Assembly: GCA_963833985.1 (NCBI GenBank)
Contig: CAWIAD010000002.1
Span: 3,968,001-4,032,000, forward strand
DNA length: 64,000 nucleotides
Direction: 5' to 3'
Origin: an uncultured Planctomycetaceae bacterium
GTDB taxonomy: Bacteria; Planctomycetota; Planctomycetia; Isosphaerales; Isosphaeraceae
Shown: positions 10,991 to 22,317 of the stretch, in pieces
Position numbering within the stretch: position 1 is the stretch's first letter
How the letters are laid out: every line of letters starts with the position of its first letter
Position numbers and translations under genes: made by a program
The notes under the pieces: model-generated
Database searches by the model: none
What the model saw: only the letters and a program-made list of their open reading frames with translations
Told to the model about the DNA's origin: nothing

Positions 10991-12857
10991 ATGAAATCCT
11001 CGACAACCCCACCCTCGCACTCGCGGCGTCACAGGCAACTTCTGCTGGCATTACTCCTGTGCGGCTGCACCCTGCTCGTGGCGCTCGGAGTGGTGCTGGC
11101 ACTCTGGTTGGAGAGTCCCGTGCGAACTCTCCCTTATGGCCAGTTTCGCAAGCTGGTGGAACAGGATGAGGTCGTATCGGCCCGTCTTGGCCCCTCGGTC
11201 ATCGAGGGCCGGCTGCGCACGGTCGAGCCGGAGACCGGAAAACTGGCTCGCTTCCGCGTCTCACGCGTGGGGATGGAACACGACGAGGACCTGATCCGGC
11301 TGCTCGATCTGCATGTTCCCGGCGGCAATTACGATGCCGAGTCGGGCCCCTCGGCACTCCAGACGGTGGTCTTTCCCGGTGCCCTGTTCGTACTCATGCT
11401 GCTGGCATTTTCCTGGGTCTTCTCGCGCTCCGGCGGGATGGGCTCGGCGATGGCCTTTGCCAGAACGAAGGCGCGGGTGTACACCGGCAGTTCGCACCGG
11501 GTCACCTTCAACGACGTTGCCGGCCACGACGAGGTCGTCACCGAGCTGCGCGAGGTCGTCGAGTTCTTGCAGACTCCCGGGAAGTACGGCTCGCTGGGAG
11601 GTCGGGTTCCCAAGGGGGTGCTCTTGATCGGTGCTCCCGGGACGGGCAAGACGCTCCTGGCCCGCGCAGTGGCCGGTGAGGCGGGGGTGCCGTTTTTCTC
11701 ACTCTCCGGCTCCGATTTCGTTGAGCTGTTCGTCGGCGTGGGTGCGTCGCGGGTCCGCAACCTGTTCGCCAAAGCCGCCACCAAGGCCCCCTGCCTGATC
11801 TTCATCGACGAGCTCGACGCGATCGGCAAGGCACGCGGCCCCGGCGGCCCCGGCGGCCACGACGAGCGCGACCAGACGCTCAACCAGTTGCTGGTGGAGA
11901 TGGACGGCTTCGACGCGAACCGGGGTATTATCTTGCTGGCCGCGACCAACCGCCCCGAAACGCTCGACCAGGCTCTGGTGCGTCCTGGCCGCTTTGACCG
12001 GCAAGTGGTCGTGGACCGCCCCGACCTGATCGGCCGGGAACAGATCCTCAAGGTCCACGCACGCGCTGTCCCGCTCGAAGAGACAATCAGCCTGCGCCAG
12101 GTCGCGGCGATCACGCCGGGCTTCGTGGGGGCGGACCTGGCCAACCTTGTCAACGAGGCCGCCTTGCTGGCAGCGCGGCGCGGCAAGACGACCGTCGGCC
12201 TCCCCGAATTCGAGGAAGGCATCGAGCGGTTGATCGCCGGTCCCGAGAAACGGCAACGGCTGCTGCGTTCGGGGGAGAAGGAGCGGATCGCGTTCCACGA
12301 GGCGGGCCACGCCCTGGTGGCGCAAGCTGCCCGACACCGATCCTGTCCACAAGGTCTCGATCATCGGCCGCGGCAGTGGAGCACTGGGCTACACGCTCTA
12401 TCGCCCCGAGGAGGACCGCTTGCTCCATACGCGCACATCGCTGGAAAACGCGGTGAGCACCCTGCTGGGCGGAACTCTGGCCGAGGAGCTGGCGCTGGGA
12501 GAGGCTTCTGATGGCTGTTCCAACGACCTCAGCCGCGCCACCCAGATCGCCCGGCGCATGGTCGTCGAGTTTGGAATGTCCAGCGTCCTCGGCCGGCTCA
12601 ATTACCTCAGGGACAACCAGACCGGTCCAGGCGCCCAGGAACAAAGGTGGAGTGAGCAGACGGCCCGAGAAATTGATCTCGAAGTCCGCAGGATTGTGGA
12701 TCAAGCCCAGGAGCGCGCCCACAAGATCCTGCTGGACCACCGTTTCGCACTGGACCGGATCGCGGCCCGCCTGGTGGACCAGGAAACCATCGATGGTGCG
12801 GATCTCGACGAACTGCTCGAATCCGCGGATGGCAAGCCTCGTAACACGGTGCAGTGA
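10991..12857 (+). CDS. ftsH: ATP-dependent zinc metalloprotease FtsH; frameshift near 12322
   Basis: Two TMs, [21 protein letters not shown] and HEAGHA. The M41 domain continues in ORF 12420..12857 ([15 protein letters not shown]). Confidence 0.93.
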
Positions 12858-12996
12858 CCCGACGATTGCCCTGAGGATTCCGGAATCCCCGCCCGGCGCG
12901 TTTCGCCACCGATCCTGCTTCGATAGACTCGGTCGAAAGTTGGCGATCGGCGTACCGACCTGATCGAGTTCGAGTCACCCGTTCGGAGCGCAGCGC

Positions 12997-13983
12997 ATGA
13001 CATGGCAAGGGGATGGCCCGCCGATCCTCGGCGTGGACCTGGGTGGCACCAAGATCCTGGCCGGTGTGGTGAGCGCCGACAACCGGATCCTGGGGCGCGG
13101 CAAGCGGAATACGCCGGCCCGAGAGGGAGGGCCGGCGATCCTGGAGGCGATGATCGAGTGCGCCGGCGAGGCCCTCGCCTCCGCAGGCATCTCTCGCGAC
13201 CAGCTTGCGGCGGGCGGAATCGGCTCGCCTGGCCCTCTGGACGTCAAGGCGGGCGTCATTCTCTTCAGTGCCAACCTGAACGTGAAGAACTATCCGATCG
13301 GTCCGGAGCTCGCCGCGTACCTGGACCGGCCGGTGCTGGTGCAGAACGATGTGCGGGTGGCGGGATACGCCGAGTTTCGCCTGGGGGCTGGGCGCGGCTA
13401 TCGCGACATGATCGCGGCGTTCGTGGGCACCGGCATTGGCGGCTGCATCATCATGGGCGGCCAGATCGTGGCGGGTTCCACCGGCAATGCCGGAGAGATC
13501 GGCCACACCATCGTCAAGGCCGGCGGGCCGCGGTGCGGCTGCGGTGCCGAGGGCTGCATGGAGGCCCTGGCCAGCAAGACCGCCATCCAGAGACGCGTGA
13601 ACAAGGCCATTCAAAAGGGCATTCCGACCGTGCTCCGGGAGAAGATGGCCCGCAAGAACGGGCGGCTGAAAAGTGGGGACCTCGCCGAGGCGGTCGCCGC
13701 CTGCGACGCGGTGGCCTTGAAGGCGGTGGAGCGTGCCGCCCACTACCTGGGCCTGGGCCTGGGTGGGCTTGTCAACGTTCTCGGCCCCGAGGTCGTCATC
13801 ATCGGCGGCGGCGTGCCGGGTGCGCTGGGCGACCCCTGGGTCGAGCTGGCACGGACCTCCGCTCGAACCCAGATCCTCACCGACCCCGAAGGCCACATCA
13901 AGATCCTCCGTGCCGCGCTAGGCGACGACGCCGGTGTCCTGGGTTCCGCCTTGATGGCGCGCGAACAGTTCATTCACGGCTGA
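12997..13983 (+). CDS. ROK family sugar kinase (glucokinase-like)
   Basis: GVDLGGTK, GTGIGG, AGEIGH, CGCG..GC.E, LGDDAG. Confidence 0.93.
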   Translation: MTWQGDGPPILGVDLGGTKILAGVVSADNRILGRGKRNTPAREGGPAILEAMIECAGEALASAGISRDQLAAGGIGSPGPLDVKAGVILFSANLNVKNYPIGPELAAYLDRPVLVQNDVRVAGYAEFRLGAGRGYRDMIAAFVGTGIGGCIIMGGQIVAGSTGNAGEIGHTIVKAGGPRCGCGAEGCMEALASKTAIQRRVNKAIQKGIPTVLREKMARKNGRLKSGDLAEAVAACDAVALKAVERAAHYLGLGLGGLVNVLGPEVVIIGGGVPGALGDPWVELARTSARTQILTDPEGHIKILRAALGDDAGVLGSALMAREQFIHG

Positions 13984-14208
13984 CCGCTCCGACGACGAAC
14001 GCCCGTCGGACAGCACCGGGTTCCCTGCCTTTCCCCTCGATCCATCCAGTACGCTGGATACTTTACAAAGGCGCCCGAAAAAGCCAAGATCGGCCTGTTC
14101 ATGGTTCCTGCGTCCGGGTGCTTGACGCGGGAGACGTTGGGCGCGGCGGAGCTGACCGGAAATCACCCTGGCGCAACGGCAGACCAGGTCTGACAGGGGG
14201 CCGCGTTC

Positions 14209-15813
14209 ATGGCCAGGCTTTTCGGCTCCCAGCGGCTGGTACTTCAAGCAATCCGGGATGCTCAGGGCGAGAAGACGGACTACGTCGACTATGTGAAAAT
14301 CTCGGCGTCGACCCGGATCCCTCTGCTGGATGTCCGGGACTGGCTGGAGACATTGGATCACGAGGGTCTGGTGGACCTGGCCCCGACCGCCGATGGAATT
14401 CGCGCATCCTTGACGGCCAAGGGTCGGCTCGCACTCGGGCCGCGGGTGGCCGGAAGAGATCCGGCCCGGGAAGGCGTTTCTCATCCGCACGTCACGGCAA
14501 GCCCCACACCGCGCGATGCGGCTGCCACCGGCAGTTCACCCGGGCAGATCGAGAGAGTTCCGGGCGCGGCCGGAGACGACGGCGAGTTGAAGCCGCTGGA
14601 CCTGAGTTTGCCCGTGACCGTCCGCTTGAGGAGGTACCGGGCGCGGATGGAGGGCAAGATGGCGAACCTCGCCATCCATCCTCAGGGTACGGCATTTGCT
14701 TTCAGCGTGGACCAGAACCTGTTCGTCGAAGCCCTGGATGATCTGGCGCAGGTGTTTGTGGGAAAGCATCCGGAGCGGGCCGGAGCCGACGAATCCTCCA
14801 ACCGGGTGGAACTGTGCGAGCAGAACCAGAACTCAGCTCATTTTAACCGGATCAGCGCGGTGACGTTCTCTCCGTGCGGCCAGTACCTGGTCTCCGCGGA
14901 CCACTTCGGACGGATCAGGATCTGGTCGCTGGCGACCTGCGATCTGGTGCACGAACTGGATGATCATGACTCGGGCGTGACCGCCCTGGAGTTCTGCCCG
15001 CGCTGGAATCTGCTGGCGTCCGGCTCCTACGACGAGCGAGTTCTGCTCTGGCGATGGGAGAACATCGAGAGCGCCGCACCCGCGATCTTCCGCGAGTTCC
15101 AGGCACCCTCGTCATCCAGACCGCCGCCGAGGTCAATCCACTCCAGACAGTGCATCGTCGCCATGGCTTTCTCTCCCCTGGGAAACCATCTTGCCTGGGG
15201 CGACACCAGCGGCAACGTCGTGGTCCGCGATATCCGGGGGAGCACGGTCGTCTATCACAAGAAACTGCACCGGCAGCGCGTGCAGGCGCTGGCGTTCTGG
15301 CCGTCGAATCCCCTGGTCCTCGCGTCAGCCAGCGACGACAAGAGCGTGCGCCTGGTTCATATCGGATTACCCCAGCGCAATGCGCGGAGCGAGTTCATCC
15401 TCGGGAAAGACCTGAGCCCGCTTGATCAGAGGTATCCTCGAACTCATGAGAAGGCACTCAACTCCATCGCCTTTTCGCGCAACGGCGATGTCCTGGTCTC
15501 ATCAGGGCGTGACGGGCTGGTGAAGGTCTGGGCCATGGTGGACCCAGATCGCCCGGAACTGTTCCGATGGTCCACGAGGCGCGACGGGCGGCCCGACTGG
15601 CAGCAGGTGGACAGAAGGTTGCTGCACTCGTTCCCCAGCGAGAGCGGTTGCGACGTGGACCGCGTGGCGTTCTTTCCGCACGGGTATGAGTTCGCGACCG
15701 ACGCGCCGGATAGCGACATCAGCGTCTGGGAGATGTGTAACGACAAGGGGCTGCTGACCCATGTCACCGTGACAGTGGCTCCGAACCCGCCGCCATCGCC
15801 AGGCGTCCTGTGA
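14209..15813 (+). CDS. WD40-repeat protein with N-terminal winged-helix-like domain
   Basis: WD repeats such as VTFSPCGQYLVSAD..G.IRIW, LASGSYDERVLLW, LASASDDKSVRL and IAFSRNGDVLVSSGRDGLVKVW. The first ~75 aa end in the wHTH-like LTAKGR. Confidence 0.85.
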   Translation: MARLFGSQRLVLQAIRDAQGEKTDYVDYVKISASTRIPLLDVRDWLETLDHEGLVDLAPTADGIRASLTAKGRLALGPRVAGRDPAREGVSHPHVTASPTPRDAAATGSSPGQIERVPGAAGDDGELKPLDLSLPVTVRLRRYRARMEGKMANLAIHPQGTAFAFSVDQNLFVEALDDLAQVFVGKHPERAGADESSNRVELCEQNQNSAHFNRISAVTFSPCGQYLVSADHFGRIRIWSLATCDLVHELDDHDSGVTALEFCPRWNLLASGSYDERVLLWRWENIESAAPAIFREFQAPSSSRPPPRSIHSRQCIVAMAFSPLGNHLAWGDTSGNVVVRDIRGSTVVYHKKLHRQRVQALAFWPSNPLVLASASDDKSVRLVHIGLPQRNARSEFILGKDLSPLDQRYPRTHEKALNSIAFSRNGDVLVSSGRDGLVKVWAMVDPDRPELFRWSTRRDGRPDWQQVDRRLLHSFPSESGCDVDRVAFFPHGYEFATDAPDSDISVWEMCNDKGLLTHVTVTVAPNPPPSPGVL

Positions 15814-15917
15814 GAGGCGGACGCAACGCAAGCGGGCGAGATGCCTCGCCCCTGAGCACACCGGTACGGGGTATGCTCGGCTCAACTCCCGCGGAACCTT
15901 GTCATGAGGTGCAAATC

Positions 15918-16217
15918 ATGAAAAGACGATTCCGGAGAAGGCAGAACGCCGTGCTTGCCCGTCTGAGCCTGCACATCGAGATCTGTCTTGATGATTTGCA
16001 TCCCCGGCCCTTGCGCACGAGGTCGGCCCGATATGCCGCGGCCCTGGGCGAGATGCTGGGGCTCATCACGCGTCCCCCCTGCTGCTCGTGGTGCCGCCGC
16101 CGGCGCAGGCTCCAGCGGCATCACTGGGACTACGCCGAGCCACTGAACGTGACCTTCCTGTGCGCGGAGTGCCACGCGCTGGCCGACCAGATGGTTGAAC
16201 AGTCGCAGAGTGCCTGA
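15918..16217 (+). CDS. Small HNH-like zinc-binding protein
   Basis: RPPCCSWC...LQRHHWDYAEPLNVTFLCAECH resembles phage-type HNH proteins (CxxC..HHxDY..PL.V.WLCxxCH). Confidence 0.7.
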   Translation: MKRRFRRRQNAVLARLSLHIEICLDDLHPRPLRTRSARYAAALGEMLGLITRPPCCSWCRRRRRLQRHHWDYAEPLNVTFLCAECHALADQMVEQSQSA

Positions 16218-16219
16218 AC

Positions 16220-18283
16220 TCATGGTGCCGCGGCCGTGCCATCCAGCGGCCTGCGGTCCGCCGGCTGCTCGGCCGCCATCTGGTCGGGAGGACCGATCAG
16301 GGGCAGCCGCACCTGGAAAGTCGTTCCCTGGCCGGAGTTGCTGGACCAGGTCAGCGATCCTCCCGCGAGGTTCACGATCCGTGCGGCTCGGGGCAGCCCC
16401 AGTCCGAGTCCCCGGCCGGCTTGCCTGCCGCAGTAGAAAGGATCGAACAGATGCGCACCTTCTGCCGCGGTCATGCCCTTGCCGCTATCGCAGAACCACC
16501 AGCGCAGTTGATTGTCTTCCACGCGTGAGCGCACCAGGAGCCGTCCTCCAGGGGCTGTGGCCTGGATGGCGTTGCGCACCAGGGTCTCGGCGAGATGCCC
16601 GAGCGCATCGGGGTCTGCCCAGGCTGGCGAATCGGCCGGCTCCAGCTCGCTCTCGAGTCGGACTCCGCGTGCCTCGCACTCCTGCTTGACGCTTGCCAGG
16701 CAAGCGCGCAGCACATCGGCAGGACGGCAGGCGCGGGGCCGCAGAGCCGCCGGACGAGCCACGAACATCAGGTCGCGCAAGATCCGGTGCGTCCGCTGAG
16801 CCTGGTTGAGGATGATCCGCAGCGAGCGGCTGTCCTCGGCGTTCTGAGACCGGCCAAGCAAGAGCTGGGCCCGACCCACGATCACGGCGAGTGGGTTGTT
16901 CAGCTCATGTCCGGCGCCGGCGGCGAACTCCGCCAGGGCCTGAAGCCTTGCCTCCCGGGTTTCGCTCTCCTGGTCCAGGTGCTGCTGCCGTACGGCCGCG
17001 ACGATCGTTTGCAGTCTCGTTTCCACCGATGCACGGCCGGCCAGGAGCGATGCCCAGGCCTCCCAGGCAGCCAGTAGACGCGAGTTTTCCAGGCGACTGA
17101 GCAACCCGGGCTGGCGCTCGTCGCACCAGAGCTGGATTTCCGCGCCCGCCGGGCCCACGGAGTTCCACGGCAGCACCAGCGATGGCGGCCGGCCATCGTA
17201 CTGCTCCGACTTTTGCTCGGCCGCAACCGTGGCGTGATCCGGAGGCACCGGGGTGGCCTGGTCCTTCCACACGATCCGAGCGGCGGTCACTTCGGGCTCG
17301 GAACACCAGATCATGCCGACCCGGTCCATCCAGGATCCCAGAGGCTCGGTCGGCCGTGCGTCGGCCATGGCCTGGAAGAGCCGCTCCTGGCTGGCACAGC
17401 GGGCATGGACCTCCGCCAGGCGGACCATGAGGCGGGCGTTCTGCCGGGTCATCTTCTCCTCGTGGACCGTGGCGTCGGCCGCGGCGAAGAGCGACCCACA
17501 GCGTGACTGGACCTCCGCCACGACGATTCGCAGCCGGGGATCGCCGGGCATCGCCTCCTGGTCGGCACGGGGAAAGAGGGCCCAGGGCGTCTGTTCCGCC
17601 CAGAGGAACGCCTGCTGGATGAGCGCCAGGGGCCCGGTCTCGGCGGCCCCATGATTCAGCACTGCGGATGAGGGGGCATGCAGCCAGGCCGCGTCCACGA
17701 CGAGCGGGTCGCATCTCCAGCCTTCGGCGAGCCGGCGGCCAAGGTCACAGAGATCCGTCCCGAACTGCGCCCGTTCGCGCTCTTGACGCACGCGCGGATC
17801 GGTCTCGCCGAGCCACCCGACGATCCATTCCGGATCAATGGCCGCGATGGCCCAGCGGGCCAGTCCGTGTAACAGTGCGGCGCGTTCGAGCCGGTCGGGA
17901 TGGGGCGCGCCCGTCTCGCGAGCCAGTGAGCGCGCGGCCACGCTCACCGCGACCGAGTGCCTCCAGAGCCTTTGAAAGACCTCGGCGCGCGGGCCGCCAA
18001 GGTTTCCCGCGGACCACCACGGCAGCTCTGCGATGAGCTGGAGCGGTTGAACTGCTCGACCGCCGATCTGTTCGGCGAGGATCCAGCCGGGATCCACGTC
18101 GAGCTCGGCACGGATGCGCGTCCAGTCAGCGCCCGGAGAACCCGCATCGAGATCGGCCTGGGATGCCGCATTCATCACCAGCCGGGCGGTCTGGGGGCGA
18201 ACCGGTAGATGCTCAAGCCGTTCCACGCGGCTGCGCAGTCTGGCGGAATCAGCTTTCCGTCCTGGATGGGCCGGCACAGTCAT
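16220..18283 (-). CDS. HDOD-like domain histidine kinase
   Basis: LWRHSVAVS..A...ALLH (HDOD-like), AGAGHELNNPL, LVRNAIQA, DSGKGM, FDPFY, GLGLGL. Confidence 0.88.
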   Translation of the reverse strand: MTVPAHPGRKADSARLRSRVERLEHLPVRPQTARLVMNAASQADLDAGSPGADWTRIRAELDVDPGWILAEQIGGRAVQPLQLIAELPWWSAGNLGGPRAEVFQRLWRHSVAVSVAARSLARETGAPHPDRLERAALLHGLARWAIAAIDPEWIVGWLGETDPRVRQERERAQFGTDLCDLGRRLAEGWRCDPLVVDAAWLHAPSSAVLNHGAAETGPLALIQQAFLWAEQTPWALFPRADQEAMPGDPRLRIVVAEVQSRCGSLFAAADATVHEEKMTRQNARLMVRLAEVHARCASQERLFQAMADARPTEPLGSWMDRVGMIWCSEPEVTAARIVWKDQATPVPPDHATVAAEQKSEQYDGRPPSLVLPWNSVGPAGAEIQLWCDERQPGLLSRLENSRLLAAWEAWASLLAGRASVETRLQTIVAAVRQQHLDQESETREARLQALAEFAAGAGHELNNPLAVIVGRAQLLLGRSQNAEDSRSLRIILNQAQRTHRILRDLMFVARPAALRPRACRPADVLRACLASVKQECEARGVRLESELEPADSPAWADPDALGHLAETLVRNAIQATAPGGRLLVRSRVEDNQLRWWFCDSGKGMTAAEGAHLFDPFYCGRQAGRGLGLGLPRAARIVNLAGGSLTWSSNSGQGTTFQVRLPLIGPPDQMAAEQPADRRPLDGTAAAP

Positions 18284-18405
18284 CGGGCTCCTTCCCGATC
18301 CGCCATTGCATGGATGCCCAGGAAGTTCGAATCAAGACCGATCTTGGAACGATCGGGTCGTTGCAAGCCGGCATGCCGCGGTTTGGAACGGGGCCGGTTC
18401 GAGCT

Positions 18406-18987
18406 TCAGCTCAGGGCGCTGGTCTCCATATCCAAGAGTCGGCAAATCCGCTTCATCAGTTCATCGATATCGAGCGGCTTGTGCAAGAAATCATCGGCGC
18501 CGGACTGGCGCAGCTCCGCGATCCTGTCCTCTTCCACCATTCCCGAAATGCAGATGATCTTGATGTCGGACATCGTCGGGTCGCGGCGAATCAGTTCGCA
18601 GACCGCCTGGCCGTTGATGTCCGGCAGCATCACGTCAAGGATGATCAGATCGGGATGATACTCCTTGGCAAGCATCCCGGCACCGAAACCGTTGTTGACG
18701 GTTTTTTGCTCGAATCGCGCATCGGTGGCCAGGACCTCCGAGATCAGGTCGACCACGGCCTGGTCGTCATCCACGATCAGAATCCTCCGGCGTCCGCTCT
18801 CCAGCGCGTCCGTGGGGATTCCATTCTCTTTCATGAACCGGAAAAGCGCCTCCCGAGGAATGCGCCGGAACCGCGAGCCCGGAACCCGGAAGCCCTTGAG
18901 CTGGCCGGAGTCGAAACAGCGGATGATGGTTTGCTGGCTGACCTTGCAAATCTTTGCTGCCTCGCCAGTGGTGTAAACGGTTTTCAT
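18406..18987 (-). CDS. Response regulator with N-terminal HTH_17 (excisionase-like) domain
   Basis: MKTVYTTGEAAKICKVSQQTIIRCFDSG...FRRIPR, then REC domain ILIVDDD, PDLIILDVMLPD, GADDFLHKP. Confidence 0.93.
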   Translation of the reverse strand: MKTVYTTGEAAKICKVSQQTIIRCFDSGQLKGFRVPGSRFRRIPREALFRFMKENGIPTDALESGRRRILIVDDDQAVVDLISEVLATDARFEQKTVNNGFGAGMLAKEYHPDLIILDVMLPDINGQAVCELIRRDPTMSDIKIICISGMVEEDRIAELRQSGADDFLHKPLDIDELMKRICRLLDMETSALS

Positions 18988-19593
18988 GGTCTTGTGGGTC
19001 CCGATTCGCAAGATCAAGGACGTGGTCGCCCGCCCCGTCGGGCCTTGCCGGCTGGCGCGAAACGACAACAGGTCTTGATCTGCCTCCATGCAACACTCCC
19101 TTGTCAAGAAACTCGACATCTCCGGGTCGGGCGACGTTGCCACGTCGAACCGCCGCATCTCCTCGGTATCGCACAAGCCGTAAAATCTGCGAAGCCTGTA
19201 GATATTGCCGAGCTTGCCAATCCAGCCAATTGTAAAATAGCACTCGGAATTGTCAATCCGGATGGAAAACGCCAATCATTCTTCCTAGCTTCCTCAAGCT
19301 CGCCAGGCAGAGCCGTGCTGACAGTGATCTTCAGTCCAATCTTATTTTACCAGGGGGATATGGACAAAAAACAAGGCACCTGGCAAGAAACTTCCAGTTG
19401 CCCTGGGAAGGTATCGTTTGCCTGACAAGCAGAGGGGACGACGATCGAGTCGCTAGGCGTGGCCGACGGCCTCGGATCGAGAACGTAAGGGTTCTCCGGG
19501 ATCTGTGCAAGAGGGGCTGGGCGACGACGGGGAAACGAAGGGCATGATCTGGGTGCCGGGAACGCGTCCGGAGATACCACGAGCCGCGCGATC

Positions 19594-21453
19594 CTAGTCC
19601 TCCGGCACCTCCTGTCTTTCGTCCACGGCCGAAGTTCCACGCTTGAGCTGGATGAGCAGGGTGGCCAGATCGGCCGGGCTGATGCCGCTGATCCGACCTG
19701 CCTGCCCCAATGAACGGGGCCGGATGCGCTCGAACTTCTCGCGTGCCTCCGCCCGCAGCTGCGGAATGGTCCGGTAATCGAGATCCTCGGGAATCGACTT
19801 GTTCTCGAGCCGTCGGAAACGCTCGATCTGCTCGATTTGCCTGCCGATGTAGCCGTCGTACTTGGCCTCGATGACAAGCTGGGAGCTCACATCCGGGGAG
19901 GAGCCGTTGCTGCCGAGCGACGGGTCGAGTTCCACCATCTGGTCCCAGGTCGAACCCGGCTTTCGCAGCCACTCGTAGAGCGAGCTGCCGCGCACCCGGG
20001 TTGTTCTGAGCTGGTCGCGGAGACGGCCGATCGCCTCGCTCCGCGCCTGGAATCGCTCCCATCGCAGGTCATCCACGAGGCCGACGTCGCGGCCGATCGC
20101 GGTGAGCCGCATGTCCGCATTGTCGTGCCGCAGAAGCAGCCGATACTCGGCGCGGCTGGTGAACATACGGTATGGTTCGTCGACGCCCCGCGTGACCAGG
20201 TCATCAATGAGCACGCCAAGGTAGGCCTGGGACCGGTCGATGACCAGCGGGGCCTGATCGCGCACCGCCAGTGCGGCATTGACCCCGGCAATGAGCCCCT
20301 GCGCTGCGGCCTCCTCGTAGCCTGTGGTGCCGTTGAGCTGTCCGGCGAAGTAGAGTCCCGGCACGCGCTTGGTCTCGAGCGTCGCATGGAGCTGTTCGGG
20401 CGGCGCATAATCGTACTCGACAGCATAACCGTAGCGCATGATCTCGGCGTGCTCCAGCCCGCTGATGCGCGCGATGATCGCTTCCTGCACGTCGCGCGGC
20501 AGGCTTGTGGAAATGCCGTTGCAGTAGTATTCCAGCGTGTTCCGCCCCTCCGGCTCCAGGAAGATCTGGTGTGCGGCGCGATCGGCAAAGCGGACGACCT
20601 TGTCCTCGATCGACGGGCAGTAGCGCGGTCCCGTCGATTCGATCTGCCCCGAGTACATCGGCGCCCGGTGCAGATTCACGCGGATGATGTCGTGGACTTC
20701 CGGGGTTGTGTACGTGATGTGGCAATCCATCTGGCTCTGGCGGATCTGCTCGGTCAGGAACGAGAACGGCACGGGCTCGGCATCCCCGGGCTGGGGTTCC
20801 AGGCGCTCGAAATCAATGGTGCGCCCGTTCAGACGGGGGGGCGTCCCTGTCTTGAACCGGCGGAGCTCGAAGCCGAGTTCGAGCAGGCTCCGCGAGAGCC
20901 CGGCCGCGGCCGCATCGCCGCCTCGTCCGCCGGGCGTCTTCACCTCGCCGGTGTGCATGAGCGCCTGGAGAAAGGTGCCGGTCGTGAGCACCGTGGCGCG
21001 TGCCGTGTAGACCACGCCTCCCCGGCAGTCCACTCCTGAAACCCGACCCTGGCTGAAGGCGATGGACTCAACCGTCTCCTGCCGGAGCGTGAGGTTGGCC
21101 TGGCGCTCGACGGTCAGCTTGGCCAAAAACTGATAGGCCTTCTTGTCGCATTGCGCCCGCGGGCTGTGCATGGCCGGCCCCTTGCCACGGTTGAGCAGCC
21201 GGAACTGGATGGCCGTCGCGTCGGTCAAGAGCCCCATCGCACCGCCAAGGGCATCGATCTCGCGCACGATCTGCCCCTTCGCAACTCCGCCGATGGCCGG
21301 GTTACAGCTCATCTGGCCCACCGTGTCGCAGTTCATGGTCAGCAGCGCCGTGCGCAGGCCCATCCGCGCGCTCGCCAGCGCTGCCTCCAGGCCGGCATGC
21401 CCGGCGCCCACCACGACCACGTCAAACTGGTAAGGGGATTGCGTGCGCATCAT
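19594..21453 (-). CDS. mnmG: tRNA uridine 5-carboxymethylaminomethyl modification enzyme MnmG (GidA)
   Basis: [67 protein letters not shown]. Confidence 0.97.
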   Translation of the reverse strand: MMRTQSPYQFDVVVVGAGHAGLEAALASARMGLRTALLTMNCDTVGQMSCNPAIGGVAKGQIVREIDALGGAMGLLTDATAIQFRLLNRGKGPAMHSPRAQCDKKAYQFLAKLTVERQANLTLRQETVESIAFSQGRVSGVDCRGGVVYTARATVLTTGTFLQALMHTGEVKTPGGRGGDAAAAGLSRSLLELGFELRRFKTGTPPRLNGRTIDFERLEPQPGDAEPVPFSFLTEQIRQSQMDCHITYTTPEVHDIIRVNLHRAPMYSGQIESTGPRYCPSIEDKVVRFADRAAHQIFLEPEGRNTLEYYCNGISTSLPRDVQEAIIARISGLEHAEIMRYGYAVEYDYAPPEQLHATLETKRVPGLYFAGQLNGTTGYEEAAAQGLIAGVNAALAVRDQAPLVIDRSQAYLGVLIDDLVTRGVDEPYRMFTSRAEYRLLLRHDNADMRLTAIGRDVGLVDDLRWERFQARSEAIGRLRDQLRTTRVRGSSLYEWLRKPGSTWDQMVELDPSLGSNGSSPDVSSQLVIEAKYDGYIGRQIEQIERFRRLENKSIPEDLDYRTIPQLRAEAREKFERIRPRSLGQAGRISGISPADLATLLIQLKRGTSAVDERQEVPED

Positions 21454-21778
21454 GAAGTCCGGATCTGCGGAAGCCTGTTCCGACGTCTCAGCTTCTGGCC
21501 GTACCTCATCTTAGGGCTCGCTCTCCACATCGAACAGGGTGACCGCGTGGAGGGGGAGCGAATCCCGAGGGTCCAGGCTCGCTCTCCGAGCGGAATCACG
21601 CATCCGGCGGCACGACTCGCTGACCGAATCCTGCCGGACCGAACCGGCCCGTTGCGGTGGCTTTCAACCCGATCCGACTGCTTGCACCTGCCTGCGCTCT
21701 CAGGCTATGGTGGACATCTCGCGTGGTGGATCGTGATCAGCACCCAGGTGCATCATCCATTCCAGGGGAACCGCAGCC

Positions 21779-22309
21779 ATGGCAGAGACACGCAAGGGCG
21801 AAGTGACTTTCAAGGGGAACCCCATCGAACTGGTCGGGCCCAAGCTGAAGCCCGGTGACCCCGCGCCGGATTTCACCTGCGTGGGAGCGGGGCTCGCTGT
21901 AGTCAAGCTGGCCGATACCGCGGGCAAGGCTCGGCTCTTCAACGTGGTTCCCTCGCTCGACACGCCCGTCTGCAACAAGCAGACCAAACGCTTCGCCGAG
22001 GAGCTCAAGAGCCTGGGTGACAAGGTCGCCGCGTACACCGTGAGCCTTGATCTGCCGTTCGCCCAGGCCCGCTTCTGCACTGATGCACATATCGAGAACA
22101 TGAACAATCTTTCGGACGTGCACAATCAGAGCTTCGGCCAGCACTACGGGGTTCTGATCCAGGGCTTGCCCATTCCGCTGCTGGCGCGGGCCGTGTTCGT
22201 GGTTGACCCGTCGAACAAGATCACCTACGCCGAGATCGTCCCCGAGATCGGGCAAGAGCCCGATTACGAACCTGCGCTCAGTGCGCTCAAATCCGCCGCC
22301 GGCGCATAG
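21779..22309 (+). CDS. tpx: Thiol peroxidase Tpx
   Basis: VTFKGNP, VPSLDTPVC, SLDLPFAQARFC, EPDY. Confidence 0.95.
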   Translation: MAETRKGEVTFKGNPIELVGPKLKPGDPAPDFTCVGAGLAVVKLADTAGKARLFNVVPSLDTPVCNKQTKRFAEELKSLGDKVAAYTVSLDLPFAQARFCTDAHIENMNNLSDVHNQSFGQHYGVLIQGLPIPLLARAVFVVDPSNKITYAEIVPEIGQEPDYEPALSALKSAAGA

Positions 22310-22317
22310 CGCAAGCG

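Noticed and set aside
10991..12857. Calling ftsH, mtnA, moaB and others pseudogenes
   Set aside because: All catalytic motifs are retained across small indels, so sequencing error is more parsimonious.
13002..14741. Long overlapping or antisense ORFs (e.g. 13002..14741, 61196..63079, 36494..37858, 18163..19425)
   Set aside because: R/G/P-rich shadow frames of well-supported genes in high-GC DNA.
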